Translations under genes and position numbers: made by a program
Part shown: piece by piece, positions 55,601 through 64,000 of the stretch
Numbering within the stretch: position 1 is the stretch's first letter
How the letters are laid out: every line of letters starts with the position of its first letter
Notes under the pieces: generated by a model
Database searches by the model: none
Told to the model about the DNA's origin: nothing
Seen by the model: the letters and a program-made list of their open reading frames with translations, nothing else
Source of the DNA: a virus
Taxonomy: Duplodnaviria > Heunggongvirae > Uroviricota > Caudoviricetes
IMG/VR virus record: IMGVR_UViG_3300023174_000034
Strand: one strand, 5' to 3'
DNA: 64,000 bases

Positions 55601-56698
55601 AACTTGCCAGCTCGTTATAAAACAGCTAACAACACAGTTTACACACGTTTGGCCACAGCTCTAGTAGCCAACGAAACTGGTAACATCAACCTAGGTAGCA
55701 CAGTTGGTTTCCCAACTGCTAACGTGACATATCCAGCCACAGTTATCGTGACTGGTATTGCAAGTGATGTTGACGAGTTGGTAACATACACAGCAGGTCC
55801 ATTTGCAGCCAATGGTAACATTTCGGGCTTGACACGTGGCGCAAGCTACTCATCCTTTAACCTGGGTGCAGTACGCTCACAGACCATGGGTATTGCAGGT
55901 GTAGGCGTTGGTACAGCTCATCAGATCAACTCAGCAGTTCGTTTGTTCTCTGTAACAGCAAGTCCAGACTTGAATCACTGGGGTTCAGCTGTTATTCTAG
56001 ACGGCGGATTTACCAAGGATCGTTCATACCAGTTTACATACAACGTTGCTAACACCAACGTGTTGGGTACACAGGTACAGACATTGTTCATGATGCGCTT
56101 GGCACCTTCAATCACCAATGCTATCACTGGTGACCTAGGCGCTAAAGACGTTATCAACCGTGCTCAGTTGTTGCTACAAAACATGTATGTTAACATTTCA
56201 GACTCTGCGGCGACATTGAAGCCACGCTTCTTGATCCAGGCGATTTTGAATCCAACCAACATCTTGAGTGCCAACTTTGCTCCATTGAACCAACGTTTCA
56301 ACTCGCCAAACACTGGTGGTCAGTCTGCAACTCCTGCAGGTTCTGGTGGTTTCAATCAGCCATCGTTCACACAGTTTGTTGCTAACGTGTACCCATCGAC
56401 TGCTCACCCAACCACTATGTGGGGTGTGAACACTATCTTGTTTGATCAAAGCCCACGTGGTCACCACAACGGCCTACCATACGCACAAGGTGGCGAACAG
56501 TTGTTCTCAATTCCTGTAAGTGCTCAAAACTCTGGTTTCATTGATTTGAGTAACATTAAGGAAATTGGTGGTGCATCAATTCCAGGTGCTGGATACTATC
56601 CAAACGGTAATGAGATTGTTGCGTTTAACATTGTACCTGCTCAAGGTGCACAGGCCAACGTTGATATTCAAATTACATACGTTGAATCACAGGCTTAA
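52604..56698 (+). CDS. Large virion structural protein (1364 aa)
   Basis: ILMITNVT, DAVERQRVAQPESMIDADFEYGLQ, RQTKKYFRYQSGKG, YTWYGAG, MRSGNLPARY, HWGSAVILDG motifs as recalled from T4-like aquatic phage virion proteins; T...HG and V.RG..GT modules; late promoter and terminator. Confidence 0.75.
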   Translation: MARKSIQYYSYTPGAANAGTVKIPDVYQLKDILMITNVTRNVVIYNFSDSTRGAYAFSANENDTTTFPGAMNGVTTLTLALDTSTQSSADKLMIYVEASEMRVRTHDFGIDAVERQRVAQPESMIDADFEYGLQQTKWASWTTVFNTPTTYEVPGSDVLANVYGYATLVATPISSAATTSLVLTNQGLTPTTAYIGNTAPVHNQFDYKILINQGYGTSTTSPRGTTWIANAAVTNGALSITAANGGPAQRSFTVTRDINYWNAGDLAALIGIPSDLADAATMNTSISSPGTTAFTTNAAGSIVNNDILAVETVNGGEFELVYVSSGGTTTSLTVTRQLFGTNYGGANLPSGARIKRIRQADVASGAGFASNVEIVRVDSVDQTLNQLHVTRGFMNTNAAVQFLPGTIVGKVNAFGELSPGLGNGPSAVGTGASANIEIVRVTATAIGPLGSQTITRGALGTIPLTNIYAGSLAVTAAGVFVAGNVNVPIIGVNANSHGVSSSMQGAGSFGLSTAVAGTANANAFISTLGLNNANVEGIYFNSINDVHYAAYYPKIWPNREIGWQLNPIAATQDVTIRKGGTYTGANIQYVSIISNTGTPSMITVTTVAPHGIFPGQLVQTNLYGATNANTHASGVFAVNSVPFNTQFTFTAKGGAAVSSGNLLVASLGTQSTIFGNIVLFPTSLVRHRPVDGGTNMGVNAPAFGYEVVRQTKKYFRYQSGKGMMFTTGISLSPQFVVTNVSAAGTSIGSAITITTELDHGCQIGANVQLAGVTTTGYNSFYRVASVVSQNSFTVLATATLGATTPSFGSFPQCALLNWHGGKVRVGMFDDQNGVFWHYDGQQLYAGKRSSTRDLLGRCQVGQNQYRVNGDRNTRFLDQLMAGDQVVIRGMSHTVSRIESQNTMYITPAYRGVINAENAKIAVTDDVLTAQANFNKDKMDGTGPSGYVIDKSKMQMVAIQYTWYGAGFIDWGMRTTDGQMIWAHRTKNNNVNNEAFMRSGNLPARYKTANNTVYTRLATALVANETGNINLGSTVGFPTANVTYPATVIVTGIASDVDELVTYTAGPFAANGNISGLTRGASYSSFNLGAVRSQTMGIAGVGVGTAHQINSAVRLFSVTASPDLNHWGSAVILDGGFTKDRSYQFTYNVANTNVLGTQVQTLFMMRLAPSITNAITGDLGAKDVINRAQLLLQNMYVNISDSAATLKPRFLIQAILNPTNILSANFAPLNQRFNSPNTGGQSATPAGSGGFNQPSFTQFVANVYPSTAHPTTMWGVNTILFDQSPRGHHNGLPYAQGGEQLFSIPVSAQNSGFIDLSNIKEIGGASIPGAGYYPNGNEIVAFNIVPAQGAQANVDIQITYVESQA

Positions 56699-56713
56699 TC
56701 CAAAGCCAGTCGA

Positions 56714-56742
56714 GAGAAAGGCCCGCAAGGGCCTTTTTCTTT
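56714..56742 (+). terminator. Intrinsic terminator
   Basis: AAAGGCCC-GCAA-GGGCCTTT followed by TTCTTT. Confidence 0.88.
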
Positions 56743-56798
56743 GGGCTGTTTTTCATTTGGTTGTGTTTCCATAAATAGTTAAAACGAGATGGATTCCC

Positions 56799-59700
56799 AT
56801 GGCATTAACAAGACCACGCTATAGTCAGATACCGGACACCGATTGGAAACAAAGTGTCCGGGTCGCCACAACCGCAGACGTAGGTAACGTGATGTTGGCA
56901 GCAATGCCAAACTCAGTTGACGGCGTCACGCTTAATTTTTATGATCGTGTTCTATTAAAGTCGCAGGCCAATGCGGCACAAAATGGTATCTACTATGTCA
57001 AGGCAGTGGGTACAGGTGCCAATGGTATTTGGGAACGTACCAAAGATGCCAGCTCGGGTGGTGCGCTGGGTGCAGTTACTCCTTCAATTGTCACACAAGT
57101 TGAAGAAGGCACGATCAACAAGAATCGTACTTTCAAACTAACCACAACAGGCAATATTGATCTTGGCACAACTGATTTAAGTTTTGGTGTACAAGCCGCT
57201 GAACCAGCTGGCGCCACAGGACAGCTACAGTTTGCCAACGTCAACAATGTGATTGGTGGTGCAACAACTACCAGCTATGACTATGTAACTGGTAACTTGG
57301 TATTAACCGGTAATGTAAACACCACACTGCTGTATCAAAATGGCAAGCGTGTACCGCAAGTATTTACAAGTGCAACACCACCATCTACTCCAGCAGTAGG
57401 TGATCAATGGTATCAAATTGGCACAGATATTCTATATGAATGGTTGCAGGATGGTGCCACAGCATACTGGATTGACGTAAGCGGTGCTACCATTGCCAAC
57501 ATCAATCCCATCACAGGGGAAAACGTTGGTAGTTTAGTTGTCAATGGCGGCAACGACTCTACAAGTTCCACAACAGGTGCGTTACAAGTAGTTGGCGGAA
57601 CAGGTATCACTGGCAACTTAAATGTTGGCGGTTCTATTACATTTGGCGGTGGATCACTTGGCAGCGACCTTGTTGTTAATTCTACTGCACCGTCAACGAG
57701 TGAAACAACAGGCGCCATTCGTATTGCAAGCCCGGGCGGTTTAGGCGTCGGTGGTAATATTTGGGTTGGTGGCACGTTTGTTGCCAACAGCCGTATTCCG
57801 AGCACAAGCATCGGAACTGGCGCTATTATACTTCCGGGCACAGGCGGACTAGGTGTTGGTGGTAATGTATTTGTTGGGCAAAACTTAAATGTTTTAGGCA
57901 ACATCACCGGTGGCGGTATACGTCAGTCTATCAGTTCTGGAGCTCCGGCCAATCCTGTAGTAGGCGACCAGTGGTACCAACTTGGTACAGACATCTTGTA
58001 CCAATATGTAAGTGACGGTACTGGTAGTTATTGGGTTGACGTAGCAGGTGCAACAGTTGCCAACATCACGCAACAAACAAACACAGTAAACGACATTCAC
58101 TTGGTAAGCGGCACACCAAGCACAAGTTCAGACACTGGTGCATTGATTGTCAGTGGTGGTGTTGGTATACAAGGTAACTTGAATCTACAAGGTGGTTTTA
58201 ATATCACTGGTGGCAACTTAATTGCCAATCAAAATGTCACAAGCACAAACACCACAACTGGCTCAATGGTTGTGACTGGCCAAGGCGGCATTGGTGTTGG
58301 CGGCAATATCAACATTGGCGGCAATCTAAGTGTTGCACAAACTGCCAGCTTTTTACAAAATGTAATCATATCTGCAAATTTAGTTGCCAGCGGAACTTAT
58401 TTTGCCGCAGGTGGTCTAAGCGTCACAAATGGCAATATTGTTACAACCGGTACTAGTGCTCAAATTGGTGGACTAACAATTACCAATGGTGCAATCAGTG
58501 GAATTGCAAGTTTAGGTGTCACTGGCGCAACCAATATTGGTGGTGACTTAACAGTAACTGGTAACATTGCAGGTGGCGGTGTACGCAAGTATGCTCAAAC
58601 TGCCAAACCCACAAATGCTTTTCCTGGTGATGTCTGGTACAAGACTGATACTGACGTATACTATACCTATGTAAATGATGGCACAGCCAGTTACTGGATT
58701 GACTATACCAGTGCAACAGTTGCCAATATTACTCCACAAACAAATCAAACACTCAGTGATATTGTAATTGTAAGTGGTACTCCTGCAACCAACACCACAA
58801 CTGGTGCCCTACAAGTACAAGGTGGCGCTGGTATCACTGGTAATGTGTTTACCGGTAATTTATCTACTGGCACAGTGTCCGCTGGTGCATTTACCTATGC
58901 AAACGGTGTAAGTATTCTTCTTGGAAATGAAGGTACATATTCGAATGCAAACGTCGTTGCTTATTTGTCTGCAAGCAATATCAGTGTTGGTGGTAACCTA
59001 ACTGCCGGTGGATCATATTTCTCTGCAGGTGGCCTAAGTGTCACAGCGGGCAATATACTAGCAACAGGAGCTCGTGCAGTTATTGGTGGTTTGACTATTG
59101 AAAACGGCGGCATTAGTAGCCTTGCAAGTCTAAATGTCATTGGTTCAGGCACCTTAGGTGGCGACTTTGCAATCACTGGTAACGTTACCGCTGGCGGCTT
59201 GAGAAAGTATGCACAAGTTGGTGCACCAGCCAATCCGGTTGTGGGCGATGTTTGGTACAAAACGGACACAGATGTATTCTACCAATACGTAAACGATGGA
59301 ACCAACAAGTACTGGATTGACTATACCAGTGCTACCGTTTCAAACGCCAGCCCAACTAGCCCACAAAGTCTACAAGACTTACAAATCGTTTCAGGTACAC
59401 CTTCAACAGGCTCTGGCACAGGCGCACTACAAGTAACAGGTGGAGCCGCAGTAACAGGTAACTTGTTCTCTGGCAACCTAAGCACAACAACCGTTGCCGC
59501 AAGCAACTTCACTTATGCAAATGGCGTAAGTATTCTTGCTGGTAACGAAGGCACATATTCAAATGCCAATGTCCTATCATACTTGGCAGCAAATGGTATC
59601 ACTGCTACCACAGCAGGAATCAGCACCACTGGTAATTTGACAGCCAGCGGATCATATCTATCAGCAGGTGGCTTCACTGCCACAGCAGGAAATATTCGTA

Positions 59701-62700
59701 CAACATCTGCCAATATTGGCGGTGTGATAATTGAGTCAGGTGGCATTGGCCAGCTGGCAAGTCTTGGTGTACTAGGCGCGGCAACAATTGGTGGTGACGT
59801 TGCCATCACTGGTAACATCACAGCAGGCGGACTACGCAAATATGCACAGGCAGGTGCACCGGCTAACCCAGTTGTGGGTGACGTTTGGTACAAAACTGAC
59901 ACTGATGTTTACTATCAGTACATCAATGATGGCACAAACAAATATTGGATTGACTATTCAAGTGCAACTGTTTCTAATGCAAGTCCAACTACATCTCAAA
60001 GCCTACAAGACCTACAAATTGTAAGTGGTACGCAAAGTACAAGCACAGGAACTGGTGCGTTGGTTGTACAAGGTGGTATTGGTGCAAGTGGTAATGTATT
60101 TGTTGGCAACGTATCCACTGCCACAGTGTCTGCTTCAAACTTTACCTATGCCAACGGTGTGAGTATTTTACTGGGCAACGAAGGCACTTACTCAAATGCC
60201 AATGTCACTGCTTACCTAACAGCTAGAACAACAACCATCAGTGATGGATTTTTGAGCACAGCTGGACTAACAGTCACAGCAGGCAATCTTAAAACTACAT
60301 CTGCCAATATTGGCGGATTGATAATTGAAAACAACAGCATTAGCCAATTGGCAAGTATTGGTGTTGTTGGGGCTGCAACCATTGGTGCTGACCTAGCAGT
60401 TACAGGAAATATCACAGGCGGTGGCCTACGCAAGTATGCACAAGCAGGTGCTCCAGCAAATCCAATTGTGGGTGACGTTTGGTACAAGACTGACACTGAT
60501 GTGTACTATCAATACATCAATGACGGCACAAACAAATACTGGGTTGACTATGCGGGTGCAACTGTAAGCAATGCAAGCATTACCAGCAGTCAAATCTCTT
60601 ACGACATTGTTGTTACTACAGATACTCAGAGCACAAGTACCACCACAGGTGCTGTTCGCGTTCAGGGTGGTATTGGCTTAATTGGCAATATCTACACCAC
60701 AGGCATTGCTGACATTGGCGGTAACCTGACTGCCGGCAATATCAAAGCCAACAACAATCTACAAACAAACACACTAGCAGTGGTTCAAAATGCCACAGTT
60801 GGTGGCACCCTAACCGTAACTGGTGCAGTAGCCACTGGTAACTTGACCACAGGCAATATTACAGGTTATGGGTTTACTACTGACGCCGGCAACCTAACTG
60901 CAACTGGTCAGTATTTTTCTGCAGGTGGTGTAAGTGCCACAGCAGGCAATATTTCAATTGGAAACATTGCAGGTTACGGATTCACTGTAAGCAATGGCAA
61001 TATCACATCTACCGGTACTCGTGCTGTTATTGGCGGATTAGAAATCATCAATGGCGGGTTTGGTTCGCTAGCAAGTTTAGGTGTAACAGGTGCGGCAACA
61101 TTTGGTGCCAACGTTGATATTACAGGTCGTGTGACTGGTGGTGGTATCCGTAAAACATCCAGCACCACTGCGCCTGCCAGCCCAATTGTTGGCGACACAT
61201 GGTACAAAACAGACACAGATACTTTATATCAATATATCAATGATGGCACAAGCAACTATTGGATTGATATCTCTGGAGCCACTGTTGCCAACATCAGTCC
61301 ACAAACAAATCAAACGCTAAACGACATTGTTATCGTAAGTGGTACACCTGCAACCAATACCACAAGTGGTGCCTTGCAAGTTCAAGGTGGCGCTGGCATA
61401 ACTGGCAACGTGTTTGCTGGCAATTTGTCAACTACAACTGTAGCGGCAAGTAACTTCACTTATGCCAACGGCGTAAGCATTTTACTAGGCAACGAAGGCA
61501 CATATTCAAATGCCAACGTCACTGCCTACCTAACAGCCAAGACAGTGGCAATTAGTGACGCCGGCAATGTTACTTCAAGTGGTACATATTTCAACACAGC
61601 TGGTCTAACAGTTCTCAACGGAAATGTAACAGCAACCGGTACAACTGCTACCATTGGCGGGCTGGTAATCAACAACGGCTCACTACCAAGTTTACCTACA
61701 TTGGGTGTATTAGGAGCCGCTACTATTGGTGGCGACATAGCAGTCACTGGTAATATCACAGCAGGTGGTTTACGCAAGTACGCTCAAGTAGGAGCTCCTA
61801 CAAATCCAGTGGTAGGTGATGTTTGGTACAAGACTGATACTGATGTATTTTATCAATATGTCAATGACGGTACTAACAAATATTGGATTGACTACACCAG
61901 TGCCACTGTAAGCAATGCAAACCCAACAAGCCCACAGAGTTTACAGGATCTACAAATTGTCAGTGGCACACCAAGCACAAGTACCACAAGTGGTGCTCTA
62001 CAAGTAACTGGCGGCGCTGGTATTTCTGGCAATGTCAATGCAGGTAACGTAACAACAGGCACACTAACAGCCACAACAGTGAACTCGTCTGGTGTTATTG
62101 TTGGCACAGGATTCACTTATGCAAATGGTGTGAGTATCCTGGTTGGTAACGAAGGCACATACTCTAATTCAAATGTTACTGCTTACCTAACAGCTAGAAC
62201 AACAACCATCAGTGATGGCTTCTTAAGCACAGCAGGAATGACAGTTACTGCTGGTAACTTGAAAACAACTTCTGCCAACATTGGTGGTGTTGTAATTGAG
62301 TCAGGTGGCATTGGGTCATTGGCAAGTTTGAACGTAATTGGTGGCGCAACAATTGGTGGCGATATTGCTATCACCGGCAACATCACTGGCGGCGGTATCC
62401 GTAAAACATCAAGTGCATCTGCACCTGCCACTCCAACCGTTGGCGATCAGTGGTACAAAACTGATACTGATACACTATACCAATACATCAACGATGGTAC
62501 GAGCAAGTACTGGATTGACGTAGCAGGTGCTACAGTTTCTAATGCAAGCATTACTAGCAGCCAGATTGCCTACGATATTGTAGTCACAACAGATACTCAG
62601 TCAACAAGTACAACCACCGGTGCTATCCGAGTACAAGGTGGTATTGGTCTAATTGGTAACATTTACACAACCGGTATTGCCGACTTTGGCGGTAACTTAA

Positions 62701-63998
62701 CTGCTGGCAATATCTTATCTAACAACAACTTGCAAACAACAACCTTGCAAGTCACAAGTGATGCAAACGTTACTGGCAACTTGTCTGTTAACAGAATCAC
62801 AGCCAGTGGTAATATCACCAGCTCAGGACAATATTTTAGTGCGGCAGGCCTGAGTGTAACCAATGGCAACATTATCACAACTGGTACAACTGCTACTATT
62901 GCTGGGTTGCAAATCACCAATGGTGCATTGCCAACATTGCCTACACTAGGCGTAACTGGACTAGCAACATTTGGTGCAAATATTGACGTCACCGGCAGTG
63001 TCAATGTCACCGGCAACATCACAGGCGGCGGACTACGCAAGTATGCCCAAATTGGTGCTCCTGCCAATCCAGTGGTGGGTGATGTTTGGTACAAAACCGA
63101 TACCGACGTATACTATCAGTATATCAATGATGGCACAAACAAATATTGGATTGACTATTCAAGTGCAACAGTAAGCAACGCAAGTCCGACAAGTCTACAA
63201 AGCATTCAAGATCTAGCAGTGGTTGGTGGTACAGTAAGCACAAGCACATCAACAGGTGCAATAACAATTCTCGGAGGTGTTGGTTTATCCGGCAATATCA
63301 ATGTAGGTGGCAATGCTTCTGTTGGTAATTTGGTCGCCAGCGGTGTAGTCTCTGGGACTGGATTCACTTATGCCAATGGTGTGAGTATCCTGGTTGGTAA
63401 CGAGGGAACATACTCTAACTCAAACGTAACTGCTTACCTAACAGCACGTACTACAACCATCAGTGATGGATATTTGAGCACCGCTGGCATTACTGTAACT
63501 GCTGGTAACATCTTTGCCTCGAGTGCAAATATTGCAGGCGTAATAATCAGCTCAGGCGGATTAAGTAGTCTTGCTAGTTTGGGTGTAGTAGGTGGTGCAA
63601 CCATTGGCGGTGATCTTGCAGTCACTGGCAACATAACTGGTGGTGGTATTCGCAAAACAACAAGCATTAGTGCTCCTACTAGTCCGGTAGTTGGCGACCA
63701 GTGGTACAAACAAGATACAGATACCTTGTATCAGTACATCAATGATGGCACAACCAAATATTGGGTTGACGTGGCAGGCGCTACCGTTTCCAATGCTCGT
63801 ACAAGTGGCGATCAAATTGCCTACGATATTGTAGTTACAACAGACACACAATCGACTAGCCCAACAACAGGCGCAGTAAGAGTACAAGGTGGTATTGGTC
63901 TAATTGGTAACATCTATACCACAGGCATTGTGGACATAGGCGGAAACCTACGTGCCGACAATATCACAGCAAACAACAATGTTCAGACCAATACTCTG
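56799..63998 (+). CDS. Giant repetitive tail fibre (>2,400 aa, C-terminus beyond right edge)
   Basis: ATG at 56799 (MALTRPRYSQIPDTDWKQSVRVATT...DRVLLKSQ...NGIY...W) after TAAATA at 56772-56777; same frame open at 63960-63998; absent from the ORF track because there is no stop in the window. Confidence 0.88.
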   Translation, partial: MALTRPRYSQIPDTDWKQSVRVATTADVGNVMLAAMPNSVDGVTLNFYDRVLLKSQANAAQNGIYYVKAVGTGANGIWERTKDASSGGALGAVTPSIVTQVEEGTINKNRTFKLTTTGNIDLGTTDLSFGVQAAEPAGATGQLQFANVNNVIGGATTTSYDYVTGNLVLTGNVNTTLLYQNGKRVPQVFTSATPPSTPAVGDQWYQIGTDILYEWLQDGATAYWIDVSGATIANINPITGENVGSLVVNGGNDSTSSTTGALQVVGGTGITGNLNVGGSITFGGGSLGSDLVVNSTAPSTSETTGAIRIASPGGLGVGGNIWVGGTFVANSRIPSTSIGTGAIILPGTGGLGVGGNVFVGQNLNVLGNITGGGIRQSISSGAPANPVVGDQWYQLGTDILYQYVSDGTGSYWVDVAGATVANITQQTNTVNDIHLVSGTPSTSSDTGALIVSGGVGIQGNLNLQGGFNITGGNLIANQNVTSTNTTTGSMVVTGQGGIGVGGNINIGGNLSVAQTASFLQNVIISANLVASGTYFAAGGLSVTNGNIVTTGTSAQIGGLTITNGAISGIASLGVTGATNIGGDLTVTGNIAGGGVRKYAQTAKPTNAFPGDVWYKTDTDVYYTYVNDGTASYWIDYTSATVANITPQTNQTLSDIVIVSGTPATNTTTGALQVQGGAGITGNVFTGNLSTGTVSAGAFTYANGVSILLGNEGTYSNANVVAYLSASNISVGGNLTAGGSYFSAGGLSVTAGNILATGARAVIGGLTIENGGISSLASLNVIGSGTLGGDFAITGNVTAGGLRKYAQVGAPANPVVGDVWYKTDTDVFYQYVNDGTNKYWIDYTSATVSNASPTSPQSLQDLQIVSGTPSTGSGTGALQVTGGAAVTGNLFSGNLSTTTVAASNFTYANGVSILAGNEGTYSNANVLSYLAANGITATTAGISTTGNLTASGSYLSAGGFTATAGNIRTTSANIGGVIIESGGIGQLASLGVLGAATIGGDVAITGNITAGGLRKYAQAGAPANPVVGDVWYKTDTDVYYQYINDGTNKYWIDYSSATVSNASPTTSQSLQDLQIVSGTQSTSTGTGALVVQGGIGASGNVFVGNVSTATVSASNFTYANGVSILLGNEGTYSNANVTAYLTARTTTISDGFLSTAGLTVTAGNLKTTSANIGGLIIENNSISQLASIGVVGAATIGADLAVTGNITGGGLRKYAQAGAPANPIVGDVWYKTDTDVYYQYINDGTNKYWVDYAGATVSNASITSSQISYDIVVTTDTQSTSTTTGAVRVQGGIGLIGNIYTTGIADIGGNLTAGNIKANNNLQTNTLAVVQNATVGGTLTVTGAVATGNLTTGNITGYGFTTDAGNLTATGQYFSAGGVSATAGNISIGNIAGYGFTVSNGNITSTGTRAVIGGLEIINGGFGSLASLGVTGAATFGANVDITGRVTGGGIRKTSSTTAPASPIVGDTWYKTDTDTLYQYINDGTSNYWIDISGATVANISPQTNQTLNDIVIVSGTPATNTTSGALQVQGGAGITGNVFAGNLSTTTVAASNFTYANGVSILLGNEGTYSNANVTAYLTAKTVAISDAGNVTSSGTYFNTAGLTVLNGNVTATGTTATIGGLVINNGSLPSLPTLGVLGAATIGGDIAVTGNITAGGLRKYAQVGAPTNPVVGDVWYKTDTDVFYQYVNDGTNKYWIDYTSATVSNANPTSPQSLQDLQIVSGTPSTSTTSGALQVTGGAGISGNVNAGNVTTGTLTATTVNSSGVIVGTGFTYANGVSILVGNEGTYSNSNVTAYLTARTTTISDGFLSTAGMTVTAGNLKTTSANIGGVVIESGGIGSLASLNVIGGATIGGDIAITGNITGGGIRKTSSASAPATPTVGDQWYKTDTDTLYQYINDGTSKYWIDVAGATVSNASITSSQIAYDIVVTTDTQSTSTTTGAIRVQGGIGLIGNIYTTGIADFGGNLTAGNILSNNNLQTTTLQVTSDANVTGNLSVNRITASGNITSSGQYFSAAGLSVTNGNIITTGTTATIAGLQITNGALPTLPTLGVTGLATFGANIDVTGSVNVTGNITGGGLRKYAQIGAPANPVVGDVWYKTDTDVYYQYINDGTNKYWIDYSSATVSNASPTSLQSIQDLAVVGGTVSTSTSTGAITILGGVGLSGNINVGGNASVGNLVASGVVSGTGFTYANGVSILVGNEGTYSNSNVTAYLTARTTTISDGYLSTAGITVTAGNIFASSANIAGVIISSGGLSSLASLGVVGGATIGGDLAVTGNITGGGIRKTTSISAPTSPVVGDQWYKQDTDTLYQYINDGTTKYWVDVAGATVSNARTSGDQIAYDIVVTTDTQSTSPTTGAVRVQGGIGLIGNIYTTGIVDIGGNLRADNITANNNVQTNTL

Positions 63999-64000
63999 CA
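57345..64000 (+). repeat. 11 in-frame ~190-240 aa tandem units, each with a P..P.VGD.WY..DTD..YQY.NDGT..YW.D knob
   Basis: GD.WY motifs at about 57399, 57962, 58626, 59243, 59877, 60471, 61191, 61815, 62442, 63078 and 63693. Confidence 0.92.

Noticed and set aside
56993-63887. Repeated minus-strand ORFs (MSVLYQTSPTTG...) that look like a paralogue family
   Set aside because: They are the antisense reflection of the plus-strand fibre repeats.
57345-64000. CRISPR array or diversity-generating retroelement in the repeat region
   Set aside because: Units are ~600 nt, in frame and vary mainly at synonymous sites; there is no repeat-spacer pattern, no adenine-specific TR/VR pair and no cas or reverse transcriptase gene in the window.
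1-64000. Stop-codon reassignment, introns, inteins or tRNA genes
   Set aside because: Core genes are full length in the standard code with TAA, TGA and TAG all used as stops; no interruptions, intein motifs or cloverleaf sequences were noticed.

Overview
This window is a ~44% GC segment of a large T4-like (myovirus, probably jumbo) phage genome read in the standard genetic code. From left to right it contains five blocks. (1) A leftward baseplate block: a >4,750-aa open-ended giant protein missing from the ORF track, then gp6-, gp25-, gp5-, hub-, gp53- and tube-initiator-like genes. (2) A rightward gp55 (late sigma)-gp47-gp46 block with two radical SAM/SPASM genes and a Holliday junction resolvase. 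(3) A ~450-nt hairpin-dense intergenic element. (4) gp51/gp26-like genes divergent from a tape measure gene, followed by the head module (portal, core, protease, scaffold, major capsid). (5) An inverted methyltransferase, then virion/fibre genes ending in a >2,400-aa repeat fibre that runs off the right edge. About 14 TAAATA late-promoter boxes, two sigma70-type promoters and four intrinsic terminators are visible. The strongest candidates for undescribed biology are non-coding. One is the large structured RNA-like element at 31181-31630. Another is a ~68-nt sRNA with its own sigma70 promoter and terminator (42933-43000, minus strand) carrying a sequence complementary to the translation-initiation region of the major capsid gene. 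The third is a three-way-junction 5' leader at 43052-43106. All family assignments come from motif recognition and synteny, and all RNA folds were done by hand; no database searches were run.
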